Positions 1-8,306 of a DNA stretch of 64,000 nt are shown in pieces. A model generated the notes under the pieces. That model was not told the DNA's origin. It ran no database searches and saw only the letters and a program-made list of their open reading frames with translations. This DNA is from an uncultured Ectothiorhodospiraceae bacterium. Its GTDB lineage: Bacteria > Pseudomonadota > Gammaproteobacteria > UBA9214. The DNA lies in NCBI GenBank assembly GCA_947259415.1, contig CAMYMI010000008.1, forward strand, positions 4,368-68,367. Reading direction: 5' to 3'. Within the stretch, counting starts at the first letter, position 1; every line of letters begins with the position of its first letter. Position numbers and translations under genes: made by a program.

Positions 1-956
1 GCTGCCTGGGTGGAGCCGTGATACTCCATCGCTGCACAGATGACACCGCCGGCATTGGCAATGAAGTCCGGTACACACAATACGCCCTTCTCGTGGAGGA
101 TGCGTTCCGCAGCATGAGTGAAAGGGATGTTCGCGCCCTCGACAACGAGCCGGCTCCTGAGACGGTCCACGTTGTCCTCGTTGACAACGTCGGGCCGCGC
201 CGCCGGTATCCAGATATCGCATTCGATAGCCACCACCTCATCACGGTCCAGTTGCATACCGTCGGTGTAATCAGAGACACTCTTGCCTGCATCCTTCAGG
301 TCAAGCAGGGCGTCCACATCCAGCCCGCCGGGATTGTGGATGGCGCCGGCGGAATCCGCCACGCCCACCAGGATCGCACCCTTGTCGGTGAGAAACCGCG
401 TGACATGCTTGCCGACCGCACCGAAGCCCTGTACCACCAGCCGTGCGCCATCCAGCTTGAAGTCGCAGTAGCGCAAGGCCACATCGACGGCGTGGCTGAG
501 TCCCCAGCCGGTGGCGCCGATCTCGTCGAGTGGGATGCCGCCGATCTCGCGCGGCAAGGCCACCACGCGGCTGACCTCGTCACGTATCCAGGCCATGCAT
601 TCCTCGTCGGTACCCATGTCCGGCGCAAAGATGTATTCCTGTTCGCCGCGCAGCAGCTGGGCCAGTGCCCGGATCAATTTCTCCTTGCGGTCCCCGGGCA
701 TCTTCGGGTCACCGTAGAGGACGATCTTGCCGCCGCCGTGTGGCAGGCCTGCCGCCGCATTCTTGAAGGTCATCGCGCGTGCAAGACGCAAGCATTCCGG
801 GGTTGATACATCCTCGGCCATGCGTATCCCGCCAATCGAGGGCCCCTTGGCGACATTGTCGATCACCAGTACCGCCTTCAATCCGACCGAGGGTTCATGT
901 GCATGGATGACCTTGGCCGGCCCCAGATCATCGGCATACGAAAAGATATCTTCCAT
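1..956 (-). CDS. Glu/Leu/Phe/Val dehydrogenase (3' end runs off the window)
   Basis: Not in the ORF track because it has no stop in the window. Manual translation from ATG at 956: MEDIFSYADDLGPAKVIHAHEPSVGLKAVLVIDNVAKGPSIGGIRM...LARAMTFKNAAAGLPHGGGK, the ELFV-dehydrogenase N-terminal motifs. GGGAGA RBS upstream. Confidence 0.9.
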   Translation of the reverse strand, partial: MEDIFSYADDLGPAKVIHAHEPSVGLKAVLVIDNVAKGPSIGGIRMAEDVSTPECLRLARAMTFKNAAAGLPHGGGKIVLYGDPKMPGDRKEKLIRALAQLLRGEQEYIFAPDMGTDEECMAWIRDEVSRVVALPREIGGIPLDEIGATGWGLSHAVDVALRYCDFKLDGARLVVQGFGAVGKHVTRFLTDKGAILVGVADSAGAIHNPGGLDVDALLDLKDAGKSVSDYTDGMQLDRDEVVAIECDIWIPAARPDVVNEDNVDRLRSRLVVEGANIPFTHAAERILHEKGVLCVPDFIANAGGVICAAMEYHGSTQA

Positions 957-1144
957 CGCTCATTCTCCCGGCTATCCGTTCCGATGAACGTTCATGACCA
1001 CAACAAAAGCTGTATAAAACACGCCTGCCGTCATGCCCTGTCCCTGATTTAAGTATAGATACGATTGGGGGGGCACAGGGGGTTGGATCAATGCCTGGCC
1101 GAATTGCACATGGAAAGATCCGCTCCTTGTGCAAATATATAAGT

Positions 1145-1981
1145 ATGAGGGTACAAAACAAGCCGGGGTATACGGGCATGCCGGGTAAGCCGCAGACAGT
1201 AGTGCAGCCGCTGTGGTCGGTCCACAAGGGGCACAAGCCGTTGTTTGCAACGGCCCTGCATTGCGGCCATGAGCTGCGGCAAGAGCTTCAAAGGCTGCTG
1301 CTCCTGGACGAGGCCACTCAACTGCGTGAAGAGGACCCCTACACCGATTACCTTGCGACAGTCGCGTCGACCCGAATCCTTCCCCGGCGGTCGCGCTTCG
1401 AGGTTGACCTGAACCGGGCCCGCGGCGAGGCGGTTTATCTGCGTCCGGAAGATGCCTGGGGGCTGGAGTTGTGGCGCGAGCCGCCCGATGAGGAAGTGAT
1501 CGAACACTCGCTGGAAGAATACGACGCCTTCTACGCCGAAGCGAAGCAGCTGCTCGATGAACTGGAATTTCACTACGGACGGTTTGTTATCTTCGATCTG
1601 CACAGTTACAACTATCGCCGCGGCGGTCCGGATGCCCCGCCCGAGGACCCGGCAACGCACCCCGATGTCAACGTGGGAACGGGCACCCTGGACCGGACGC
1701 GCTGGGCCCCCCTGATCGACCGCTTCATTGCCGACCTGTCCCGCTTTGATTTTCTCGGCCATCACCTCGATGTGCGTGAAAACGTCAAGTTCAGGGGTCG
1801 CCAGTTTGCCGCCTGGGTGCATGGCAACTATCCCGAGACCGGCTGTGTGCTGTCTCTGGAGTTCAAGAAATTTTTCATGGATGAATGGAGTGGCGAGGTG
1901 GATGTCGAACAACTGCAGGCGCTACATGAGGCGCTGGTTTCGACGCTGCCGGGTATCGCCGAAGAGATGGAGCGACTATGA
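1145..1981 (+). CDS. N-formylglutamate amidohydrolase family protein
   Basis: Motifs TALHCGH, REEDPYTD, SRFEVDLNR, DLHSYN, ENVKFRG, LSLEFKK. Start uncertain (1145 or 1178). Confidence 0.85.
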   Translation: MRVQNKPGYTGMPGKPQTVVQPLWSVHKGHKPLFATALHCGHELRQELQRLLLLDEATQLREEDPYTDYLATVASTRILPRRSRFEVDLNRARGEAVYLRPEDAWGLELWREPPDEEVIEHSLEEYDAFYAEAKQLLDELEFHYGRFVIFDLHSYNYRRGGPDAPPEDPATHPDVNVGTGTLDRTRWAPLIDRFIADLSRFDFLGHHLDVRENVKFRGRQFAAWVHGNYPETGCVLSLEFKKFFMDEWSGEVDVEQLQALHEALVSTLPGIAEEMERL

Positions 1982-3900
1982 CCATGGTGCAGTCACTAAA
2001 CAAGGGTGCGATCCCTGCGGACACCATTGACGCCATCGCGCAGCGCCTGGACGCGAATGCTCCCGTACGCAGCAAGCTGCCGGCATGGGGGCGGGTGCAT
2101 ATTGATCGGCCATTGCCCTTTCTGTGTGTGTATCGCCGGCCGGCCGGGCGCGCGGACCCGGGTACGGAATCGTTACTGCTGGGCGAAGCCGCCTACATCC
2201 TGGCGCTTGAGGCTACTGAGCAGAAACCCGGGCTGGAGCGTTTGATCGGACAGATCGCCCAGGCCCGGATGGCGGATTTCGGTGCCTTCCTGATACTGGA
2301 GCTGTGGTCCGCCGTGGATGCCGGTGCAACGGCGCTGCCAGCGGATACTCCCGGAGCGCCGGCCTTCCGTATCGTGGCCAGCCGGCATCATGCGCCCGCG
2401 AACTACCTCGAGGCACTGGAGGACGCCTTGCTGGGCATCTGCCTGAACGGTTTGCCGGCGCGCGTGACCCTGGATTATCGCGACCAGGTGGGTCCTCCCG
2501 GACAGGCGCCATTGCGCCTGCCAGTGGATGCCGGCGAGGGTGGCCTGTCACTGATCGGGCTCGAGGTGCAGCCCGGTTACCGGGATCCCGACAGCGGTGC
2601 CTTATTACCCTTTCGGTTGCGCCGGCTGCGCCATGCAATGGCACATGCCCTGAAACAGAGTTTCTATGCCTTCGCTCGCCGCTATACGACCCAGCGACCG
2701 GCCCACTACCATGAACTTGGCCGGCATGCCATGACCCGGGCGGTATGGGAGACGGACGCACAGCTCAATGGGATCAGCAAACAGTTCGATATCCTATTGC
2801 ATGTCACACCGGTCAACGCCCCGGCGGCCTGGGCGGAATTCCAGCGCAGGGGCTGCCAGGGCGAGCCGGAGTTCAATTACCGCCCGCGCCCGGTGGAGCC
2901 GGACCTGTTGAAGCGCCGGCTGTATCAAATACCCATCGAGGAAATCGAGGACCCGACACTGGCGCAGATCTTTACCGCCAAGCGTGATGAACTGGACCGG
3001 CAGATCACCCTTATCGCCGATCGCAACACGCCGCGTTTTCTGCACGGCAGCCAGCAGATCTACGGGGCGGTGGAAGACGGGTTGCTGCAGCTCGCCCACC
3101 AGCTGGTGGAACAGATTCCACCGCCGGCATCCCCGGGGACAGGGACGCAGATACTCGATGCCGAGGCCCTGGCCGCGCGTGCCGGTGAAGAACTGGCCTG
3201 GTATCGACAGGCCATGCCGGACCTGCCTGCCCAGGTAGAACTGCGGGACGATGTGCCGGGTATCATGGTGTCCCGCGGGCACTTCCTCGTCGGGCGTGAT
3301 GCGCGGATTGCGGTTGACCGGCTGAACGCCATACTGGCGCATGAACTGGGCACACACATCGTGACCTATTATAACGGGCGCAGTCAGCCATTCAGGCAGC
3401 TCTATGCCGGACTGGCCAATTACGAGGTCTTGCAGGAAGGCCTGGCGGTGCTGGCGGAATACCTGGTCGGCGAAATGAGCGCCGCCCGCCTGCGGCTGCT
3501 GGCCGGGAGGGTCCTGGCGGTTTCCTGTCTGACCACTGGCGCGGATTTTGTCGCTACCTTCAGGGAGCTGACCCGGCGCCACGCCTTTGACCAGGACGTG
3601 GCATTTTCCATCGCCATGCGGGTGTATCGTGGTGGCGGTTATACCAAGGATGCTGTCTATCTGCGTGGCCTTGCCCAGTTGCTCGATTACCTCGGCAAGG
3701 GTGGTGACATCGACCTGCTGCTGCTGGGCAAGGTGAACCTGGAGCATGCCCACCTGGTCGAGGAGCTGCGTTGGCGCAAGGTGCTGAAGCCGGGCCCGTT
3801 GCGGCCGCGCCATCTGGAGTCCCCGGAGGCCATGCAGCGGCTCGAGCACATCCGGCAGGGGATGACGATCAGCCGGCTGGCGGAGGAGTGTGCACGATGA
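1978..3900 (+). CDS. QEGLA-motif (DUF1704, MATCAP-like) HExxxH metallopeptidase
   Basis: HELGTH zinc motif, QEGLA motif, RGGGYTKD.VYL.G. ATGA overlap with the upstream gene. Confidence 0.85.
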   Translation: MTMVQSLNKGAIPADTIDAIAQRLDANAPVRSKLPAWGRVHIDRPLPFLCVYRRPAGRADPGTESLLLGEAAYILALEATEQKPGLERLIGQIAQARMADFGAFLILELWSAVDAGATALPADTPGAPAFRIVASRHHAPANYLEALEDALLGICLNGLPARVTLDYRDQVGPPGQAPLRLPVDAGEGGLSLIGLEVQPGYRDPDSGALLPFRLRRLRHAMAHALKQSFYAFARRYTTQRPAHYHELGRHAMTRAVWETDAQLNGISKQFDILLHVTPVNAPAAWAEFQRRGCQGEPEFNYRPRPVEPDLLKRRLYQIPIEEIEDPTLAQIFTAKRDELDRQITLIADRNTPRFLHGSQQIYGAVEDGLLQLAHQLVEQIPPPASPGTGTQILDAEALAARAGEELAWYRQAMPDLPAQVELRDDVPGIMVSRGHFLVGRDARIAVDRLNAILAHELGTHIVTYYNGRSQPFRQLYAGLANYEVLQEGLAVLAEYLVGEMSAARLRLLAGRVLAVSCLTTGADFVATFRELTRRHAFDQDVAFSIAMRVYRGGGYTKDAVYLRGLAQLLDYLGKGGDIDLLLLGKVNLEHAHLVEELRWRKVLKPGPLRPRHLESPEAMQRLEHIRQGMTISRLAEECAR

Positions 3901-4949
3901 AACTCGGTCTTGCCGTTAACGACATCCATACGGAGCTGGCCGATTACACCACGACCGTAATCGCCCAGGAGGCCACCAATCTTGGACACGAGGTCTGGTA
4001 TATCAGCCTGGCCGATTTTGCCTACGACCCCGATGAAAACGTGCATGCCTGGGCGCGCTCTGTGCCGAAACGCCGTTACCGTTCCCGGAGCGTCTACCTC
4101 GAGGACCTGCAGGGCAAGGCGGCGACTGCCGAGCGTATCGCCGTGGATACCCTGGATGTGTTGTTGTTGCGCAATGACCCGGCGCAGGATGTGTTCGAAC
4201 GCCCCTGGGCGCGCCTGGCCGGTATCAATTTCGGCCGTCTTGCCAGGCGCCACGGCGTCATCGTCCTGAATGATCCCAATGGCCTGGCCAAGGCGGTAAA
4301 CAAGATGTACCTGCAGTATTTCCCCGTGGAGATCCGGCCTCGAACGTTGATCAGCCGTCACCCGGAGGATATCAGGCACTTCATAGATGAAGAGGGCGGT
4401 ACCGCGGTTCTGAAGCCGTTGTCCGGTTCGGGTGGCCATAACGTATTTCTGATTCAGCCGCAGGATAAGGCGAATATCAACCAGATCATCGAGGCGATCT
4501 GCCGGGAAGGTTATGTCCTCGCCCAGGAATTCCTGCCCGAGGCGCTGCGGGGTGATACCCGCGTATTCCTGATGAATGGCTATCCCCTGCAGTGCCGGGG
4601 GCATTACGCGGTGCTGCACCGCGCCCGGGGTCAGGAAGACGGCGACTTCCGCAGTAACATGACCGCCGGTGCCGTGGCGAGAGAGGGCCGGGTCACCGAT
4701 GGTATGTTGCAGGTCATCGAGACGGTACGCCCCAAGCTCGTACAGGATGGCATGTTCTTTGTCGGCCTGGATATTGTGGGTAACAAGCTGATGGAGATAA
4801 ATGTCTTCAGCCCCGGTGGGCTGGAGTCCGCACAACAGCTGGAAGGGCAGAATTTTGTACGTGAATTGGTACAGGCCCTGGAACACAAGGTGGAATCATT
4901 ACACCGTTATCATCGTAATCTCGATAATATCGAACTGGCCACCCTGTAA
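3897..4949 (+). CDS. gshB: Glutathione synthetase-like ATP-grasp ligase
   Basis: LRNDP, KPL.GSGG.NVF, QEFLP..GDTR, FRSN..AG, GLDIVGNKLMEINVFSPGG. ATG at 3897 overlaps the upstream TGA, GGAGG RBS. N-terminus diverges from canonical GshB. Confidence 0.8.
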   Translation: MKLGLAVNDIHTELADYTTTVIAQEATNLGHEVWYISLADFAYDPDENVHAWARSVPKRRYRSRSVYLEDLQGKAATAERIAVDTLDVLLLRNDPAQDVFERPWARLAGINFGRLARRHGVIVLNDPNGLAKAVNKMYLQYFPVEIRPRTLISRHPEDIRHFIDEEGGTAVLKPLSGSGGHNVFLIQPQDKANINQIIEAICREGYVLAQEFLPEALRGDTRVFLMNGYPLQCRGHYAVLHRARGQEDGDFRSNMTAGAVAREGRVTDGMLQVIETVRPKLVQDGMFFVGLDIVGNKLMEINVFSPGGLESAQQLEGQNFVRELVQALEHKVESLHRYHRNLDNIELATL

Positions 4950-5011
4950 GGCACGCCTGGAGTACGGCTATCTCTCATATAAAACTCGGAAAAGTTGCAT
5001 TTCCCCTGCTG

Positions 5012-5902
5012 GTGATCCTGTGGCTGACGGCCTGTGCCAGCGCGCCGGTGGTGCCGCCGGTCGAGAATCCGCCGGTTGCCGCTGAGTTAAAGCACATTGT
5101 CCTGGCGGATCGCCCGGTAATTGCCTTTGTACTGGGCGGCGGTGCGGCGCGTGGTTTCGCCCATGCCGGTGTACTGAATGTGCTCGAGCAGAACGCTATC
5201 CGGGCAGATATCGTGGTGGGTACCAGTGCCGGCAGTGTGGCAGGCGCGCTGTACGCGGGCGGTATTCGTGGTGAAGAGCTGATTGCCGCGGCGGGCGAAC
5301 TGCAAATGAAAAACCTGGCCGACTGGACCATTCCGAACCGCGGGTTTATCGGTGGCGAGCGTCTGCAGAGATTGATCAACGAAAAACTCGGAAACCGGCC
5401 GATAGAGGCGCTTGACACGGTTTTCGTTGCCGTAGCAGCGGACCTGCAGAGCGGGCAGGCGGTGGCCTTTAACCAGGGCAACACGGGCATGGCGGTGCGG
5501 GCCTCCAGCAGTGTGCCGGGCATATTTCTGCCGGTTAGCATCCGCGGACGTGATTATGTGGACGGTGGACTGGTCAGTCAGCTGCCAGTCAGGATCGCAC
5601 GCCAACTGGGTGCGGATATTGTGATCGCGGTGGATGTCTCCAAGCGACCGGTGCACAACACCGTGCTCGAAACTACCTGGGACGTGCTGCACCAGGCCCT
5701 GCTGATTATGTCCGAGGCGGTCGTCGCAGCCGAGGCCGGTGAGGCGGATGTGTTGATCCGGCCCGCTATCGGCGATATATCCCTGCTTGGTTTTGATCAG
5801 CAAGCGGATGCAATTGCCGCAGGTGAGCAGGCGGTGCGTGCAGTGCTGCCTGAAATCAGGCAACAGCTCGCCGGGCAAAACCGGCGCAAGGCAAAACCCT
5901 GA
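5012..5902 (+). CDS. Patatin-like phospholipase, lipoprotein
   Basis: GGGAARG, GTSAG and DGG patatin motifs, plus an LTAC lipobox. The true start is probably further upstream (see findings). Confidence 0.88.
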   Translation: MILWLTACASAPVVPPVENPPVAAELKHIVLADRPVIAFVLGGGAARGFAHAGVLNVLEQNAIRADIVVGTSAGSVAGALYAGGIRGEELIAAAGELQMKNLADWTIPNRGFIGGERLQRLINEKLGNRPIEALDTVFVAVAADLQSGQAVAFNQGNTGMAVRASSSVPGIFLPVSIRGRDYVDGGLVSQLPVRIARQLGADIVIAVDVSKRPVHNTVLETTWDVLHQALLIMSEAVVAAEAGEADVLIRPAIGDISLLGFDQQADAIAAGEQAVRAVLPEIRQQLAGQNRRKAKP

Positions 5903-5919
5903 CCGGAGCGCGTGCGGCC

Positions 5920-7230
5920 ATGCAGGCGGATAAATTATCGAACCGGGTATTGCCCCGGCTGAGGTGCCTTGTCAACGTGCAGCCGGGCGAACTGGCCGCG
6001 CTGTCGTGGGCCTTTGTCTATTTCTTCGCGTTGCTGTGCAGCTACTACATCGTCCGGCCGATGCGTGACGAAATGGGGATCGCCGGCGGGGTGGAGAACC
6101 TGCAGTGGCTGTTTACCGGTACCTTCCTGGTGATGCTGGCCGTGGTGCCGCTGTTCGGCTGGCTGTCGTCGCGATTCGAACGGCGCCGTTTTCTGCCCAT
6201 TGTTTACTATTTCTTTATCGCCAATCTGCTGGTGTTCTTCCTGCTGTTCCAATCGGAGCTCACGCATGCCTGGGTGGCCCGGGCCTTCTTCATCTGGGCA
6301 AGCGTGTTCAACCTGTTCGTGGTGTCGGTGTTCTGGAGCTTCATGGCCGACATCTTCGACAACGAACAGGCACGGCGCCTGTTCGGTTTCATTGCTGCCG
6401 GAGGCACCAGCGGGGCCATCTGTGGACCGATGATTGCCGCCGCGCTGGCGCAGCCGCTGGGGCCGACCAACCTGTTGCCGCTCTCCGCGGCCCTGCTGGG
6501 GGTGGCGGTGCTGTGTATCGGCCGTCTGTCCGCCTGGCGTTCCCGGCAGGCTGCCGCCGGGACGTCCCCGGCGGCTGCTGGAGAGGCCATCGGTGGTCAT
6601 GTGTTTGCCGGTATCCGCCTGGTGCTGCGTTCACCCTACCTGCTTGGCATCTGCGTGCTGATGCTGCTGTTTACCACTCTGGCGACGTTCCTCTATTTCC
6701 AGCAGGCGCAGATCGTGCGTGACAGTTTTTCAGATCCCGCGCAGCGCACCGCGGTGTTTGCCGGCATCGACCTGGCCGTGAACAGCCTGACGCTGGTGTT
6801 CCAGATGCTGCTGACCGGCCGCCTGGTGAAGTGGCTGGGGCTGGGCTGGACCCTGGCGCTGGTACCGCTGCTGCTGGCTGCGGGCTTCATGGCGCTGGGC
6901 CTGGCGCCGCTGCTTGCAGTGCTGGTGGTGGTACAGGTTGTGCGCCGCGCCGGCAACTACGCCATCATGCGCCCGGCGCGCGAGATGCTCTACGTGGTAC
7001 TGGGCCGCGAGGAGAAATACAAGGCCAAGAACTTCATCGATACCGTGGTCTACCGCAGCGGCGATGCCGTCAGCGCCTGGGCCTATGCCGGCCTGCGCGC
7101 CCTGGGGCTGAATCTGTCAACGATTGCCTTCATCGCTGCACCGCTGGCCCTGCTGTGGGCCGGGGTGGCCTACCGCCTGGGGCGGGCGCAGACCCGGCTG
7201 GCGCAGACCGCGCCAGCTGCTAAAGTCTAG
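5920..7230 (+). CDS. MFS transporter, NTP/NDP-exchange (TLC/Npt)-like
   Basis: About 12 TM segments, RPMRD, SVFWSFMADIF, RRLFGFI, PAREMLY, KYKAKNFIDTVVYR.GD. Confidence 0.82.
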   Translation: MQADKLSNRVLPRLRCLVNVQPGELAALSWAFVYFFALLCSYYIVRPMRDEMGIAGGVENLQWLFTGTFLVMLAVVPLFGWLSSRFERRRFLPIVYYFFIANLLVFFLLFQSELTHAWVARAFFIWASVFNLFVVSVFWSFMADIFDNEQARRLFGFIAAGGTSGAICGPMIAAALAQPLGPTNLLPLSAALLGVAVLCIGRLSAWRSRQAAAGTSPAAAGEAIGGHVFAGIRLVLRSPYLLGICVLMLLFTTLATFLYFQQAQIVRDSFSDPAQRTAVFAGIDLAVNSLTLVFQMLLTGRLVKWLGLGWTLALVPLLLAAGFMALGLAPLLAVLVVVQVVRRAGNYAIMRPAREMLYVVLGREEKYKAKNFIDTVVYRSGDAVSAWAYAGLRALGLNLSTIAFIAAPLALLWAGVAYRLGRAQTRLAQTAPAAKV

Positions 7231-7233
7231 TGC

Positions 7234-8166
7234 ATGAACTTCTCGGATTTTTCGCGGCGCCGCTTTCTCGCCACCCTGGGCGGACTGGGCGCCGGCCTGC
7301 TGGTCCGCCCGGTGTGGCCTGGAGCCACTGGGCGGAAACCAATCAGCAAGCCGATTCCGGCCAGCGGCGAACGCTTGCCGGTCATCGGCATGGGGACCTC
7401 GCGCACCTTTGACGTGACGCCGGGTTCGGACCAAGGCAGGCAGCTGCTGCCGGTCATGCAGGCCTTTTTCGATCACGGCGGTGGCGTGGTCGACACCTCG
7501 CCCATGTACGGCCACGCCGAGGCGGTGCTCGGTGAACTGCTGCGCGCTGCACGCCATGAAAGGCAGCACCTGTTCGCGGCCACCAAGGTCTGGACTTGGG
7601 GCGAGCAGGAGGGCATCGAACAGATGCAGCGTTCCATGCAGCGCGTCGGGGTCGAGCGCTTCGACCTGATCCAGATACATAACCTGCGCGACTGGGAGGT
7701 GCAGCTCGAAACCCTGAAGGCCTGGAAGGCCGGAGGCAAGGTGCGTTATATCGGCATCACCACATCGCACGGCCGCTTTCACGATGAACTGGAGGTCATC
7801 CTGGACACCCAGCCGTTCGATTTCGTGCAGTTGAGTTACAACATCGGCAATCGCGATGTCGAACAGCGCCTGCTGCCGCTGGCGCAGGAACGCGGCATGG
7901 CGGTGCTGATCAACCGGCCGTTTATGCGCGGTGAATTGTTCAGCCTGGTGCGCGGCAAGGGCTTGCCGGCCTGGGCGGCCGAGTTCGACTGCAGCAGCTG
8001 GGCGCAGTTCTTCCTGAAGTTCGCGGTCTCGCATCCCGCAGTGACCTGTGCAATTCCCGCCACCTCCAAGCTGCACCACATGATCGACAACATGGGCGCG
8101 GGTGTCGGCCGCCTGCCGGATTCGGAAATGCGCGCACGCATGTTGCGCCATATGCAAAGCGTCTAG
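7234..8166 (+). CDS. Aldo/keto reductase with twin-arginine signal
   Basis: SRRRFL Tat motif, IGMGT, DTSPMYG, ATKVW, DLIQIHN, GKVRYIGIT, IPATSK. Confidence 0.9.
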   Translation: MNFSDFSRRRFLATLGGLGAGLLVRPVWPGATGRKPISKPIPASGERLPVIGMGTSRTFDVTPGSDQGRQLLPVMQAFFDHGGGVVDTSPMYGHAEAVLGELLRAARHERQHLFAATKVWTWGEQEGIEQMQRSMQRVGVERFDLIQIHNLRDWEVQLETLKAWKAGGKVRYIGITTSHGRFHDELEVILDTQPFDFVQLSYNIGNRDVEQRLLPLAQERGMAVLINRPFMRGELFSLVRGKGLPAWAAEFDCSSWAQFFLKFAVSHPAVTCAIPATSKLHHMIDNMGAGVGRLPDSEMRARMLRHMQSV

Positions 8167-8184
8167 GGTTCCCTGCACGGGATA

Positions 8185-8260
8185 GTAGGTCGGGTTAGGC
8201 GCGGAGCGCCGTAACCCGACAATGGTCGCGTCGGATTACGCCGTCGCTAATCCGAACTAC
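8185..8260. repeat. GTAG-type REP doublet (REPIN-like)
   Basis: GTAGGTCGGGTTAGGC...GTAACCCGAC followed by inverted GTCGGATTACGC...GCTAATCCGAACTAC. The family recurs at 17151-17508, 18067-18146, 41866-41895, 42567-42640 and 44007-44080. Confidence 0.85.
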
Positions 8261-8306
8261 GGGCTGCTTGATATATCGCGCCTGCGGGGCGCTCCTGCAA
8301 ATTTAA

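Noticed and set aside
18-806. 262-aa plus-strand ORF
   Set aside because: Antisense shadow of the minus-strand amino-acid dehydrogenase, with no motifs.
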